From Blepharisma stoltei ATCC 30299 (lineage: Eukaryota > Protista > Ciliophora), in assembly GCA_965603825.1 (NCBI GenBank), contig CBFDEM010000021.1:868001-932000 (forward strand): 64,000 bases of DNA. Reading direction: 5' to 3'. Each line of letters opens with the position of its first letter. Positions within the stretch are counted from its first letter, which is position 1. Both the position numbers and the translations under genes were made by a program. Below are positions 1-13,138 of this stretch, in pieces. The notes below the pieces were generated by a model that did not search any database, was not told the DNA's origin, and worked only from the letters and a program-made list of their open reading frames with translations.

Positions 1-1973
1 TTTAATTAAAGCTTGTAGCAAAATAATTGAATTGAGAATATTTCCAAAAACATATAACTTAAATGGTATATAGCTCTTCATAAGTATAATGCCAAAAAAT
101 GATTGAAGAGCTAAATACTCAGATATACTGTTATATTTAAATTCTAAGAAATGTAATTAGTCCAATTAGGGCTGATGCTGATTTTCATGTAAGTTTTTAG
201 CTGTAACTCTTCAGCTTTCAAAATTATATCCATTTCATTTAAAGCTGCTAGAAAAAAGAGCAGCTTGTTTTTACGCTCTATTTATAGGGTTTTTGAGCTC
301 AGCCAGAGCTGATTTTTTCTTAAAAAATTATTGTTGATTATAGCCGTAATATAAATAAATTATTACAAAATACGCTTTGATAAATGAATCTATTTAATAT
401 TACAAAAGTTATATGTTGAGAACTATACAGAGTCTAAATATTTATTGAAATATTTTTATGTTATAATTTATAATCTGGAATATTAAGAAATAATTAGTTA
501 ACCTTGCTTGAATGATACCTTAGTATTAGCAGGGAGCTGGCTAGCTCTCAAAATATTAGTTAGGTAATAGATTATCATTTTGCACCTAATGTTTAGCCAT
601 TATTTCAGAAGTTCATATAATGCTTAAAGAGTTTTATCTTCTTATAGAATATTTTAAAATAGAGAGGAGATTCTATTAACATTATTGAGGAAAAAAAACC
701 CCGCAAAAACAACTTGCTGTTGTATATTTTTAAATTCGACTAATTAATTTTAGATTTATAAATGCTTTAAGAAATTATTTGTGAATATTGGATAAAAAAT
801 AGCTTGAATAATGCAGGTCGCTTTCTAAGAATATTGCTAAAAAAATTTAGCTTCAAAGAAAAGTATTCAGTCACTAGACAAGTATTGATGAATTTGAATT
901 TATCTGAGAATTAAAAATGAGACTTAAAATAAATATTTATTAAGAAATAGGCTTCAATGATCAATCTTGAAATCCAATTTTTTGCCAGCAGATTTCGATA
1001 ATGAAATTATTAAAAACAAAGAAATATATGAAATTAAAAGACTCAAGCTTTAAAGGTTAAGTAGCTTTGAAAAATTAGCATCAGAATTGATTGTGAAACC
1101 TTTTTCATTCAGAATATTTCCAATGAAAATGCTTTGATGATGTTATTATACAGCAGACCTTGAGATTAGTTAGCTTGCTTAGCTTACTAGCACTCAAGTT
1201 ATTAGTTTTAATTTTATATCTGACTGTGTCTGCAATGCAAGATAAATCTAAATAGATCCTGTTTATAAATTCATAGGCATTTTTTATTTTTGCATTTCTT
1301 TTCTAAGAAACTAAGATATTATTTCATTAAAATAATGAGTCAATAAAACTTAATTATAAAAATTAATTTTTTTGTTAAAATCAGCCTTTAAATGCTGGGT
1401 TTTTTAATTTTTGAAACTTTAATTTAAAATATTTCTAAAAAAATTAGTAATAGCTCCATTTTATAGGCTTTTGAGCTAAGCCAGACCTGCTTGCCATTAA
1501 CGATCTTTTTTGATTACAGCGTGACATTAAAAAATTATTACAAAATGCAGTTTGATAAATAATCTAGAGTGATTTTATTTATTGAAATTATTTTATTTAT
1601 AATTTATAATCTGAAATATTAAGAAATGAGATTACTTAAGCTTGGTCAAACTTTAAGACTATGGTTAAAGGTAGCTGACTAGCACTCAAGTTATTAGCTG
1701 TAATTGTGCAGCTTACTGCGCCTGCAACGCAAGAGTTTAGAGTCCAGTTTGAGGTATCAATAGTAGTTCCATCATCTAAAGTCGCTACAATGCTATTTTT
1801 AATCAGAGTTGAAACAAGTGGATGAGGGAAATCAAGTTCAATATTTGGAGAAGAGAAACTGATCTGATACCCAACAGAATCAATCCTGCAAGTAGGCCCA
1901 TCTTTAACAATTAAGCTAGCACATTCAAAACAGTCAGGACTTGTTGTGCAAGAATCGCAGGCGCCAGTACAAG

Positions 1974-1988
1974 CTAAATAAAAATTAC
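1974..1988 (-). other. 15-nt spliceosomal intron
   Basis: GTAATTTTTATTTAG; removal turns CVGNFYLAC into CVAC; same intron at the same position in all paralogs. Confidence 0.85.
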
Positions 1989-2090
1989 CAACACATGATG
2001 TCACTCCAGCTTTATCATAAAGGAAATACCCTGAATTGCATTGGGTGCATACTGTAGAAGCTGAACATTTAGCACAGTTTGCAGAGCAGC

Positions 2091-2105
2091 CTAAGTAAAA
2101 ATTAC
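2091..2105 (-). other. Candidate 15-nt intron
   Basis: GTAATTTTTACTTAG matches the intron consensus but is not seen at this position in the other copies. Confidence 0.55.
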
Positions 2106-2506
2106 AAATATCGTTGTATAAAATTAAGCCTGCAGGGCAAGAATTGCAATACGTTGCAGGATCTTTGCCGGTTGTTCCACAAGCTTTACATCCGTTTGAG
2201 TCGCAAGAATCGCAGGCAGTTGTTAAGCTTAAGCATTTTTGAGTAGGATGGCACCATGAATCTGAGCAGGTCGCTGAACAAGTCCCATCTACAGAGTTAT
2301 TCCATAAAAAGGAGGATCTGAAATACCAGCTCTGTAAAACCAAGTAAATTCATACAAGTAAGCCTTAACATCATAGCCAAAGCCAATACCATCACCTTTT
2401 GGACTAGCATAGTCATTAGTGCGGGTTCTTGTCATTTGTTCCTGCCCAAACATTATAATAAAAGTTTCCCCACCTTGCCATTTCATCACCAAAAAAATTC
2501 AGGAGT

Positions 2507-2521
2507 CTAAATAAAAATTAC
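2507..2521 (-). other. 15-nt spliceosomal intron
   Basis: GTAATTTTTATTTAG; conserved position (VP.x|xSW) in paralogs at 8025-8039 and 13124-13138. Confidence 0.85.
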
Positions 2522-4289
2522 TTAATGGAACATTGAAAGAGAATGAAGGGCTCTCTAGAACGCCACTATCGTCTATATAATCAAAATCTAAAGTACCTTC
2601 AGTTGTTGATTTTCCTATATAAGTTGTTTTATCGAAAGCAGAGTTTCCAAATTTCATTACTTCTTGACTAAGGGTTGATTGGAAATTTACCCAAAGCCCC
2701 ATCGTCACCGTTTGATAGCTTCCACAATTTGAGCTGGAAATTAGTCATCTCCACGAGAATTTGTTCATATAGACTGATGAGCAAGTAAAAGCTGATTCTA
2801 CTGCGGAATTGGCTTGAACAGGGTCTGTGCTAGCAAAGTAAGAATCTTTTTTAACCTTGACATCTGAGCTACTGTAAAAAGGTTTGGTAAAAATAAGGTC
2901 AAAGAGGTAGCTGAAATCACCTGCCCTGACTATAGAGACAAGCAAAAGGACGAGAAGGGTATTCAGAGATAGGGAATAAGCCATTTATAAGAGAAAAAAA
3001 TTTAGTAAATTTTCCTAATAATCTAATTAGTTTTTCTTCCAATTATAAGTGCAAGCTTTAAGAATAGACTGATATTGAAGTAAACCTCATATCTATCTAA
3101 TAAAAAATAAAATTTCTCCTGAAATTTATGAATTCAAAACTTTATTCAATGCCCTAAAAAATGTAAAAATTTAAAGGTCAAGATAAGGTGAAATCGTTTA
3201 TTTTGGAAAAAGGTATCCAGCTGGTCAATCTAAAGAAAGAAAATTCTAATTTTTGGAAGCTTTGCATTGAAGACCCATTTTTATATAAGCAAAATCATCG
3301 GTGTTAAAATATTGATAGATTAAAATGGAAGGCAAAAAAGACTTTCTATTCAAAATTTGATTCAACAAAGAATAAATAAAACGCAAATTAAGTTTAGAGG
3401 GTAAATATATATTTACTTTTTATTCCCTGAGATTACTTCTGTCTGGTGCAGATAAAGGTGGGTTGTACCAAGAGATTAGGGATACAACTGATTGATTGCC
3501 ATGCGAGGCTAGGTTAGCAATAAACTCTATTATTGTATTCTATCAGCTGCCATTTTAAGTTACTGCATTATTGAGTTATATTTATTTTCATTTTGTGCTG
3601 GGTCATTTTGATATTGAATTTTTTAATAAGAGCTGATAAGCAAATCTTTAAGGCATTTTTGATAAAACTGCAATTGCAGGCTTTATTATTTTTATCTATC
3701 TTCCGCTTTTAGAGTCGTTATACTATTGCATATTTGAATAATTTTTCCAACCTTTTTTAATAATATTACTAATAATTTAAAAATCGATAATTTTTTGATG
3801 AATAATATTATTCTATTTTTTAATAAATTTAGCATTAATAATTTAAAATTAGAATTTATAATTTTTCGACGAATAATATTATTCCTCACATGTAGATATT
3901 TTCCATTATTTAATAAATGAGCTACGAAATATATCTAATTATAAAGGAAATTTATATAAGACTCATTTCATGCTACTCCCAATTAGTCCACAAAATTGCT
4001 GAATTTTTCCGATATCACAGATTCAAAGGATTTATTAATAACTAGATCTTAAAACAACATATTAACGCTAATCATTTAAATTTATATCGATATGCCGCCA
4101 AATTATAATGTATAAGTTTTTCTTTTCAAATCTTTGGTCTTTTCTCGTTTGATTGAGCCCGATAAACAATAATTATATGGGAAAGATTTTTTTTCCGATT
4201 CAAAGGGAGGATCTTAGATTATTATTTCAGTTAATATTGACTTATTTTAAAATATGATAAATAATTCGAGGATTAATTAGCGAGTTACT

Positions 4290-5340
4290 AAGGAAACTTT
4301 ATTATCTTTTTCTACAGAATAGACTTTAAAATATAAAAAATATTGGCATAAATTGTGTGCTTTAAATTGTCAATTCTATTAAATCAAATATATTAAAATT
4401 TTAATATTTAATCTCTATCAAAATATGCTGGCAAAAAATGGATTTCAAAATTGATCATAGAGACCTATTTCTTTTATTTCTTAATTAAGTCACATTTTTA
4501 AACCTCATATAAATTCATTAGTACTTATCTGATAATATTTTTCTGAGATTAAGCTAAAATTTTTCAACAAACTCTTATCCGATATTTGACAAATAATTTT
4601 TTAAAGCTTTTATAAATCTAAAATAAAATTAGCTGCTTTGCTTATGAGTTTAATTTATCGAAAATTTAAAAAATAGCAAGATGCTTTAGCATTTTTCTAT
4701 TTTCCATAATAAAAGCTCCTCTATATATTTAAAGTATGCTATAAGAAGATAAGCCTTTCTAATTTATATGGGATAAACAGGAAAAAATACCGGGTATTGA
4801 AGTGAAGGGGAATTGATAAAAGGAGGAAGAGAAAACAGAAGAAGATTAAATTCATTAAGAGGACATAAGTCCTATGGCAGCATAGCTGCTGAAGCTAAAG
4901 GTAAAAGATTACAGGTGATATAAAAGCTTATTACAAAATACGTTTTATAAATGAATCTATTTAACTATCAAAAAGCTTTATGTTGAGAACTATAAGGTTC
5001 AAGATGAAATATTTTTGTTTTATAATCCTAGATATTAAGAAATGAGATTAGCTAGGCTTGGCTAAACGTGAACTCAATGCTAAAAGCGCTTTATAAGAGA
5101 TAAAACTCAATATATAAGCTATTTGCTAAGAAATAAGAAGAAAAAGTTTTTAAAGAGCAATCTTAAAATTCAATTTATTGATACCAGGTTTATGTGAAAC
5201 TAAAATTCCTTTTTAAAGGAAATAAAATAAAAAACATTTTAAAATATCATAAATTGATATAAATCTAAATAGATTCCTGATTATAAATCTAAGCATTTTT
5301 TACTCTCAAATTTTCTTTCACAGAAACTAAGATAATATTT
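4290..5340. repeat. Dispersed segmental duplicate, inverted and block-permuted relative to 32520-33400
   Basis: 4290-4740 matches the reverse complement of ~32520-32945, and 4870-5340 matches the reverse complement of ~32940-33400 (by-eye alignment; ends approximate). Confidence 0.7.
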
Positions 5341-5849
5341 CATTAAAATAATGAGTTAATAAAATTACTAAAATTAAATTTTGTGATTATAATTGATTTA
5401 AAAATCAGCCCTTAAGTGCTGGGTTTTTATTTTCATGTTAGATTTTGAAATCAATTAGCTTGCTTTGAGAGATAATTTAATATCAGTTGGGATATGATTT
5501 TCACGTAAGCTATTAGTTTAATTGTGTAGCGTTCTGCTCCAGAAACTCAAGAGTTAAGACTCTAGCAGATGCATTACTTCATCATTTAGGCTCTCTTTAA
5601 ACTATTTTAATTCCATTTGAAACTCTTAGAAAAAAACGGCTTATTTTTATGCTCCATTTATAGAATTCTTGAATTCAGCCAGAGCTGGTTTGTCATTAAA
5701 AATTATCTTTTGATTAGAGCAGCGATATAAAAAAATTATTATAAAATACTCTTTGTTAAATAAATCTATTTATTAATTTAGTATAGCTATATGTTGAGAA
5801 ATGAAATATTGCTATTTATAATTTATAAGCCAAAATATTAAGAAATGAG

Positions 5850-6330
5850 ATTAGTTAGCCTTGCTTGAACGATAGCTTAATATGACCAGGGAGCTGACTA
5901 ACACTCAATTTATTAGTTGTAAATTTGCAGCTTACTGGGCCTGCAACGCAAGAGTTTAGAGTCCAGCTTGAGGTATCAATAGGAGTTCCATCACCTAGAG
6001 TCATTTCAATGCTATATTTAGTCAGGGTCGAAACAAGCGGATAAGCGAAATCAAGTTCAATATTTTGAGCAGATTGAAAAGAAAAATAATATAAAAAATC
6101 ATAGCAAAAATAAATAAAACCCCATGAATAATATTTTGGACTCTTTTACTGTTTTATTCATCACAATTAAAAACACTCGGATTATTGTCTTTATCAGTAA
6201 AAATAGAAGGAACAGCTTTTACATGGAGTATTGGCTGCAGTTCTTGCCAAAGCGGCCTGTAAAAACGGTAAGTGGCTCATAACATAATAAAGCAAAAATC
6301 GATAAAATTGCATATGCTAAATGCTCATCT
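5850..6330 (-). pseudogene. Chimeric relic: receptor TM-domain fragment (~6075-6330) fused to the Cys-rich gene 3' end (~5850-6075)
   Basis: Reverse complement matches the receptor RPLWQELQ..HVKAVP segment, then switches abruptly to the IELDFAYPLVST...WTLNSCVAG segment. Confidence 0.7.
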
Positions 6331-7484
6331 TATAGGAGGATTAAAAGATTAAAGCTCAAGATAAAAGCTATTTATTAAGAAATAAGCCTCTGAAGGTCAA
6401 CCTTAGAATTCAATTTATTGCTAGCAGGTTTATAAGAGGATAAAAATACCCTTTTAAAGGAAAGGAAAACAATTTTAAAATATAATAAATTGATATAATC
6501 CTATTTAAAACTCATAGGAATTTTTTGTTGTAGCATGAAACTAAGAAAATAAAACGTAATTATTAAATAAGAATCGATTTAAAAGCTTCTACTTTTATCT
6601 CAAATTAGATTTTGATGCTTTAATTAATTAAAATATTTTCTCAAAATTTTGTGTTATATTATTTAAAACAAATAATAGAAAAACTTCTACATTAAAGATT
6701 AAGAAGATTTAAGAATTTTTGATAAAGCTTATAGCTAAATACTTTAATTGAAAATATTTCGAAGAAATATATATTTAGAAATTAGATTAGTTAGCCTTAC
6801 TTGAGAGATATTTAATATTAGCTGGAAGTTGATTTTCACTCAAGTTATTGGCTGCAATTGTACAGCTTTCTGCTTCAGAAACTCAAGAATTAAGAGTCAA
6901 GTTGATGATTCTACTGCACATTTGCTTTCTCAAAGCTATATCAATCCCATTTAAATCTGCTAGAAGTTCAGCCAAAGCTGATTTGTCATTATAGATTTTT
7001 TTAATTGCGCATTGATATAACAAATTATTAGAAATTCACATTGATAAATCATATTTAAAGTCGCTATATGTTGAGAACTACAAAGGTTCTTATATTTATT
7101 CAAATATTTATAATTTATAAGTCAAAATATTAAGAAATGAGATTAGTTAGGCTTGCTTGAACGATACCTTAATCTCAGCAGGGAGCTGACTAGCACTCAA
7201 GTTATTAGCTGTAATTGTGCAGCTTACTGCGCCTAAAACGCAAGAGTTTAGAGTCCAGTTTGAGGTATCTATCACAGTTCCATCACCTAGAGTCACTTCA
7301 ATTTTGTCCTTAATCAAAGTTGAAACAAGCGGATGAGCGAAATCAAGTTCAATATTTGGAGCAGAGAAACTGAGTTGATACCCAACTGAGTCAACTCTGC
7401 AAGTATCCCCATCTTGAGCAATCGAGTTAGCACAGTAAAAACAGTCAGGAGTTGTTGTGCAAGATTGGCAGGAGTTAAAGCAAG

Positions 7485-7499
7485 CTAAATAAAAATTAC
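7485..7499 (-). other. 15-nt spliceosomal intron
   Basis: GTAATTTTTATTTAG at the conserved family position. Confidence 0.8.
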
Positions 7500-8024
7500 C
7501 AACGCATGATGTCGCTCCAGCTTTATCATAGAGGAAATACCCTGAATCGCATTGAGTGCATACAGTAGGAGCTGAACACTCAGCACAGTTGCCAGGGCAA
7601 TCTACCTTACAAACATTGTTTTTTAATATTAACCCTGCAGGGCAAGTATTGCAAAAAGTTGCAGGAAGTGATCCGGCTGTTCGCAAGTTTTACAGCCACT
7701 TTTATCGCAAGAATCGCAGGCAACTGTTGAGTAGGATGACATACGGAATCTGAGCAAGTCCCTGTGCAAGCCCATCTATTGAGAGACTCTGATAACTGTT
7801 ATCAGAAAGAGTAATAGAAGTAAGGGGACTATAACTGATAATGAATGTTGCGAAGTAGTTAATTTCATACAAGAAAGCTTTAATGCCATAGCCAAAGCCA
7901 ATAACTACACTAGCTGGTTTATCATACTTTGCACCACTAACGTGTCATCGATTTTTATTCTCCCCAAGAACAGTAGTATATACATCTTCGCTGTCAAAAG
8001 AAATAATATAAAAAATCCAGGATT

Positions 8025-8039
8025 CTAAATAAAAATTAC
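8025..8039 (-). other. 15-nt spliceosomal intron
   Basis: GTAATTTTTATTTAG at the conserved family position. Confidence 0.8.
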
Positions 8040-8944
8040 TGATTGGAACATTGACGGAGAATGATTTGGTTGAACTTGTGCCACTACTGTTTATATAATC
8101 AAAATCTAAAGTACCATCAGTTGTTGATTTTGCTATATAAGATTTAGAATTGAAAGCAGAGTTTCCAAATTTCATTACTTCTGAACTAAGGGTTGATTGA
8201 AAATTTACCCAAAAACCGAATGATTGGAAGTCGGTTTGGCAAGATGAACCGTCTATGAGTCATCTCCATGAGAAGCTGCCCATATGACTGATGAACAACT
8301 AATATTTGGCTCCACATCGGCATTGGCTTGAACAGGGTCTGTGCTAGCAAAATGACTATCATCTTGTTTCACCTTGACATTTGAGCTATCGTAAAAAGGT
8401 TTGGTAAAAAAAAGGTCAAAGCAATAGGTGAAACTATCTACTTTGGCTATAGAGGCAAGCAAAAGGACGAGGAAAATATTCAATGATGGGGATAAAACCA
8501 TTTATAAGAGAAAGAAATTTCGTAGTAAATTTGTGCATGCTATTCCTAATAAGCTAATAATTTTTTTGCAAATTACAAGAGCAAGATTTTATGAATAGAC
8601 AGATATATAATTAAAATTCATATCGATCTAATAGCACAGATAAAACTCCTGCTGAAATTAAAGCTTTCAAACCTTTTTATTCGATTATAAAAAAATTTTA
8701 AAATTAAAGACAAGGTCAAATCGTTAATTTTGGAAAAAGGCATCAAGCTTGTCAATCTAAAAACAGAAAATTTTAGATTTCGGGAGCTTAAACTGAAGAA
8801 CCATTTATTATCTAAACAAATTATCGGTTTTTGAAATATGGATAGATGAAAATGGAAGATAAAAAGAACTTTCTCGCCCAGAATTTCAATTAGCAGAGAA
8901 TAAATAAATGTAAATTAAATTTAGAGGGTAAAACATTTAATTTT

Positions 8945-9420
8945 TAAAAATTACTTTTTGGAACATTAAAAGAGAATGATTTGCTGTATTTAGCGCCACT
9001 AGTGTCTATATAATCAAAATCGAAAGCACCTTCAGTTGTTGATTTTTCTATATAAGAATTAGAATTGAAAGCAGAGTTTCCAATTTTCATTACTTTTGAA
9101 CTAGGGATTGATTGGAAATTTACCCAAAGCCCAACAGATCGAGCATTTGATCTACAAGGTGTGAAGTTTATGAGTCATCTCTACTCGAAGTTGCTCATAT
9201 ATACTGATGAATAATCAAATACTGGTTCTACTGCGGAGTTAGTTGAATTGGGTCTGTGCTAACAAAATGATTACTATCTTGTTTTACCTTGACATCTGAA
9301 CTATCGTAAAAAGTTTTGGAAAAAATAAGGTCAAAGCATGGGGTGAAAGTACTTGCTTTGGCCATAGAGATAAGCAGAAGGACGAGTAAAATATTCAGTG
9401 ATGGGAATAAGCAATTTATA
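8945..9420 (-). pseudogene. Cys-rich family copy C3, 5' half (ends inside intron 1)
   Basis: Homologous to the C1/C2 N-terminus; start codon mutated; stops after GTAATTTTTA at 8945-8954. Confidence 0.8.
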
Positions 9421-9518
9421 AAAGAAATAGATTTAATAGTAAATTTATGCACATATTCTAATAAGCTAATAAGTTTTTTGGCGAATTATAAGAGCAAGGT
9501 TTTAAAATAATTATTAAA

Positions 9519-10346
9519 TATTTAGAATCCTGGATTTTTTTGATGCTAACTTGGAAATCAGATTTAATTGATATTTATAAGTTTGATAAACCATTAGGAT
9601 TTTTGCGTACTTCATTATATGCTACACCTTCTGGTGGGGTTGCTGGCTTTGGCTATGGTGTTAGAGCTTACTTATATGAAATTTCTTGGTATGGATCAGG
9701 TTGGTACTTCTTAGGCTATATGATTATGTATGATTGCGATGGTATCTACACATATTTTGATAGGACTTGTGCAGGGGCCTGCTCAGATTCCAAGTGCCAT
9801 CCTACTCATCAATGCTTCAGCTCAACAACTGCCTGCACTTCTTGCGATTCAACTGGATGCAAAGTTTGTGGAGAAACCAACAAAGATCCTTCAACTTATT
9901 GCAATCAAGACTGTCCTGCAAACTGTGATAGATGTTCATCTTCTACACTATGCACTCAATGCAAATCAGGGTCTTTCCTCTACGATAAAGCTGGAGCGGC
10001 ATTATGCATTGGTAATTTTTATTTAGCTTGCTTAGACTCCTGCACTTCTTGCACAGCAACTCCTGATTGTTTTTACTGTACTAGCTCAATTGTTCAAGTT
10101 GATTCTATTGGGTATCAGATAAGTTTCTCTGCTCCATATATTGAACTTGATTTTGCTCATCCACTTGTTTCGACTCTGACTATAAATAGCATTGGAGCGA
10201 CTTTAGATGATGGAACAGTGATAGATACCTCAAACTGGACTCTAAACTCTTGCGTTGCAAGCGCAGTAAGCTGCACAATTACAGCTAATAGCTTGAGTGT
10301 TAGTCAGCTACCTTTAAACATGGTCTTAAAGTTTAACCAAGCTTAA
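9519..10346 (+). pseudogene. Cys-rich family copy C3, 3' half (begins inside intron 1, opposite strand to the 5' half)
   Basis: Starts with TATTTAG at 9519-9525, then the conserved SWIF exon; ORF 9540-10346; intron 10012-10026. Confidence 0.8.
10012..10026 (+). other. 15-nt spliceosomal intron
   Basis: GTAATTTTTATTTAG at the conserved family position. Confidence 0.8.
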
Positions 10347-10819
10347 CTAATCTCATTTCTTTATATTTCGGGTTATAAATTATAAATAAAATACTTCAAT
10401 AAATATTTAAAATCAGTTTAAATGTTAAATAGATTCATTTATCAAAATGATTTTCTAATAATTTCTTAATGTCACGCTGTAATAAACAAATATTTTTAAT
10501 GACAGCTCTTGCTGAGCTCAAAAAGTCTATAAAATGGAGCAGACAAGCAAGCTGTTTGCAAAATTTTTGAGAAATATTTAATAAATTAAATTTTCAAAAA
10601 CTTAAAAAACCTAGCGTTTAAAAGCTAATTTTAATAAAAATTTAATTTTAATAATTAATTTTATTAATACATTATTTTAACGAGATATTATCTTAGCGTT
10701 TCTGCGAAAGAAAATGTGAGAATAAAAAAAGCCTATGATTTATAAGCAGGACTCTATTTAGATTTATATCGATTTATGATATTTTGAAATGCTTTTTATT
10801 TTATCTTTTAATTTCTTAG

Positions 10820-11140
10820 GCTGTCCTTCAAACTGTACCAAATTTCATTAGGTATAAAGTGTATTCAATATAATCAAGATGATAAGCTGGAGTGACATCA
10901 TGTGTTTGCAATTTCGATTTAGTATGCTCTAGCTCATGGTAGTTCTTGCACAGAAACTCCTGATTTTTTAAGTGTGCTAGCTTATAGAGTCGATTCTGCT
11001 GGTGATCAGCAATTTTTCTGCTTCAAATATTGATCTTGATTATTAGTAGGCACCTTAGCCTAGACTCTAAACTCTTGCGTTGCATGCGCAGTTAGCTGCA
11101 CAATTAGAGCTAATGACTTTAGTGCTAGTCAGCTCCCTGT
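10820..11140 (+). pseudogene. Highly degenerate 3' fragment of the Cys-rich family
   Basis: Remnants of DKAGVTSC, a mutated intron (GCAATTTCGATTTAG) and TLNSCVA..VSCTI..N..SASQLP. Confidence 0.65.
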
Positions 11141-11364
11141 TGATAAGAGCTATTTATTAAGACATAAGAAGAAGTAGGCCTCTATGATTAGTCTTGAAAT
11201 CTCTTTTTTGCTAGCAGATTTCGATAAAGAAATTATCAAAACAAGCTACTATATGAAATTAAAAGATCTTTAAAGTTTAAACAACTTTGAGCTTCATACC
11301 AAAACTTATTTGGAACCTTTTTATTTTAGAATATTTCCAAGAATGATGCTTTGATGGTTTTTGC

Positions 11365-11957
11365 TCGAGATTGCTGTTATTTTGCTGAAAAGTTGAACAT
11401 TTAACTCATGCAATATTATCATTTTTAGCTTTATTTTTATATATACCCTTCACTATTTTCTGTAGGCCTCTTTGGTGAGAACTCCAATCAATGATCCATG
11501 TAAAAGCAAGTCCTATGTATTTAATGGCAAAAACAATTTTAAAAAACCCTTAATGTTATGAATAAAACTGTAAAAATGTCTTAAGACATAACTCATGGGT
11601 GCTTATTTGCAATTGTTTTAATTTTCATATATTTTATTTTTATATTTAAATTCAAGCTTTACAACTACGCAAGATTCATAAGATTCAGTTGGTGGCAAGG
11701 ATTAATTTTAATAGGAGTTGCATGGCAAGTTTTTATTTATACAATTGCGATAGGAATACAGAATTATTTTACTGAGTTACTTGCAATACTTTTTCTTGGG
11801 TGGGCTATTATTATAATAGTAGGATTATACAAACAAAAGAAAAAATACCCAATCTTGTTATTCAGAAAAGCGCAATAGACTTATCTACATTGTTTATGTT
11901 TGGTTTTATATTTGAAAAAGTGCAGGTATTTCGAAAGATAGAGCTGGTCCATATTAA
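11365..11957 (+). pseudogene. 3' fragment of the double-VFT receptor (duplicate of R1 ~21730-22317; shared 3' flank continues to ~12260)
   Basis: High nucleotide similarity to the R1 TM region, with indels. Confidence 0.8.
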
Positions 11958-12700
11958 TATAAGATTGAATTCGGCTAGTTAATTTTGCATATAAATATTT
12001 TAATTTCATTAAATTAATGCTAAAATGAAACCATTTTAAATTTATTTCAAATATTAAAACAGAGTGAAGCAAAATCTTATTGCTTTGGCTAAAGATATTT
12101 ACTCTCAAATATCATCTTATTCCTCCTTCAGATTGTGAAAAGGCTTTATCAGAAAAAAAGCTTTATTTATTTTTTGATTTATTATTCAAGTTTGCCTTTA
12201 TTTTTGGAGCTGCATAACAAAGTCTAGGCTGAATTAGTTGAGTGTAGTTATAAAACTATATATTAGAAGTACACATTAAAATGTGTTTTGGAAAAAATCT
12301 TTAAAGAGACATTTTAATTAATATTTAATGATAAGACGAAAATTAAAAAGAAAGCTTAATTACCCTTATTAAGCAAAATCCAACTCAGCTTCAATAGGCA
12401 GCATGCTTTCATTTACGTTGTCCGTCAAAATAATGCAGCTTGTTGCCCCCACAGTGCAAGAGTTTAATGTCCAGCCAGAAGTGCTAATTGTTGATCCATC
12501 ATTTGCTTTAACCACAAAGCTGGATCTAGTTAGAGTAGCAGTAAGTGGAGAAGCAAAATCAATTTTGATGTTGGGGGCAGCAAAACTGATTTGAAATCCA
12601 ATAGAATATAGGCTACAAGTAGATCCTTCTTTAACAATAATTTCAGCACACTCAAAACATTCTGGACTTGTGGTGCATGAACTGCAAGATTCAGCACAAG

Positions 12701-12715
12701 CTAAATAAAAATTAC
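12701..12715 (-). other. 15-nt spliceosomal intron
   Basis: GTAATTTTTATTTAG at the conserved position, even in this divergent paralog. Confidence 0.85.
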
Positions 12716-13123
12716 AAAGGCAAGCTGCTAAGCCTGCATTAGCATGAAGGAAATAGCCAGTTTCGCATCGCAAGCAGCTACTTGTGTCGCAAGAATTGCA
12801 AGAACTTAACGATCCCAGGCATTGTTTTACTGGATGACAATAAGTATCAGCACAATTTACTGAGCAAGTCCCTGTGGCTGCATAGTCTGCTGTTGAGCCA
12901 TCAGATAAAGCAATCACATCAGTCGCAGCATTTATTGTAGCTGACTTGAACCCAATCATTTCATAATAATAAGCCTTAAGTCCCCTACCAAGAATGATTT
13001 GTCCGCCAGCTGGAGCAAAAAAGGTAAACCCAGGCTTTGCAGTCTTTGAAATGGCTTGATGTCCTGGCATATAAATGTTAAAGGTTGAGCCTACCCAATA
13101 TAGTACCAAAAAGGTCCATGAAT

Positions 13124-13138
13124 CTAAATAAAAATTAC
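13124..13138 (-). other. 15-nt spliceosomal intron
   Basis: GTAATTTTTATTTAG at the conserved position. Confidence 0.85.

Larger units (their letters stand above)
1636..2984 (-). pseudogene. Secreted Cys-rich protein family copy C1 (signal peptide + LamG/ConA-like + furin-like Cys repeats + C-terminal beta-rich domain), frameshifted
   Basis: ORF pieces 2745-2984, 2499-2708 and 2289-2492 join in frame when TGA=Trp. A short deletion near 2290, relative to the paralog at 23270-23310, shifts frame into 1636-2343. Hydrophobic N-terminus, CxxC-rich middle, 15-nt introns. Confidence 0.8.
7147..8501 (-). pseudogene. Secreted Cys-rich protein family copy C2, multiple frameshifts
   Basis: Colinear with C1; 1-nt deletions near 8285 and 7682 and a ~16-nt deletion near 7727; 15-nt introns at 7485-7499 and 8025-8039. 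Confidence 0.8.

Noticed and set aside
3692-3889. Short Ile/Lys/Asn-rich ORF (and similar ones at 11881-12108 and 9316-9510)
   Set aside because: Low-complexity by-products of very AT-rich non-coding or antisense sequence
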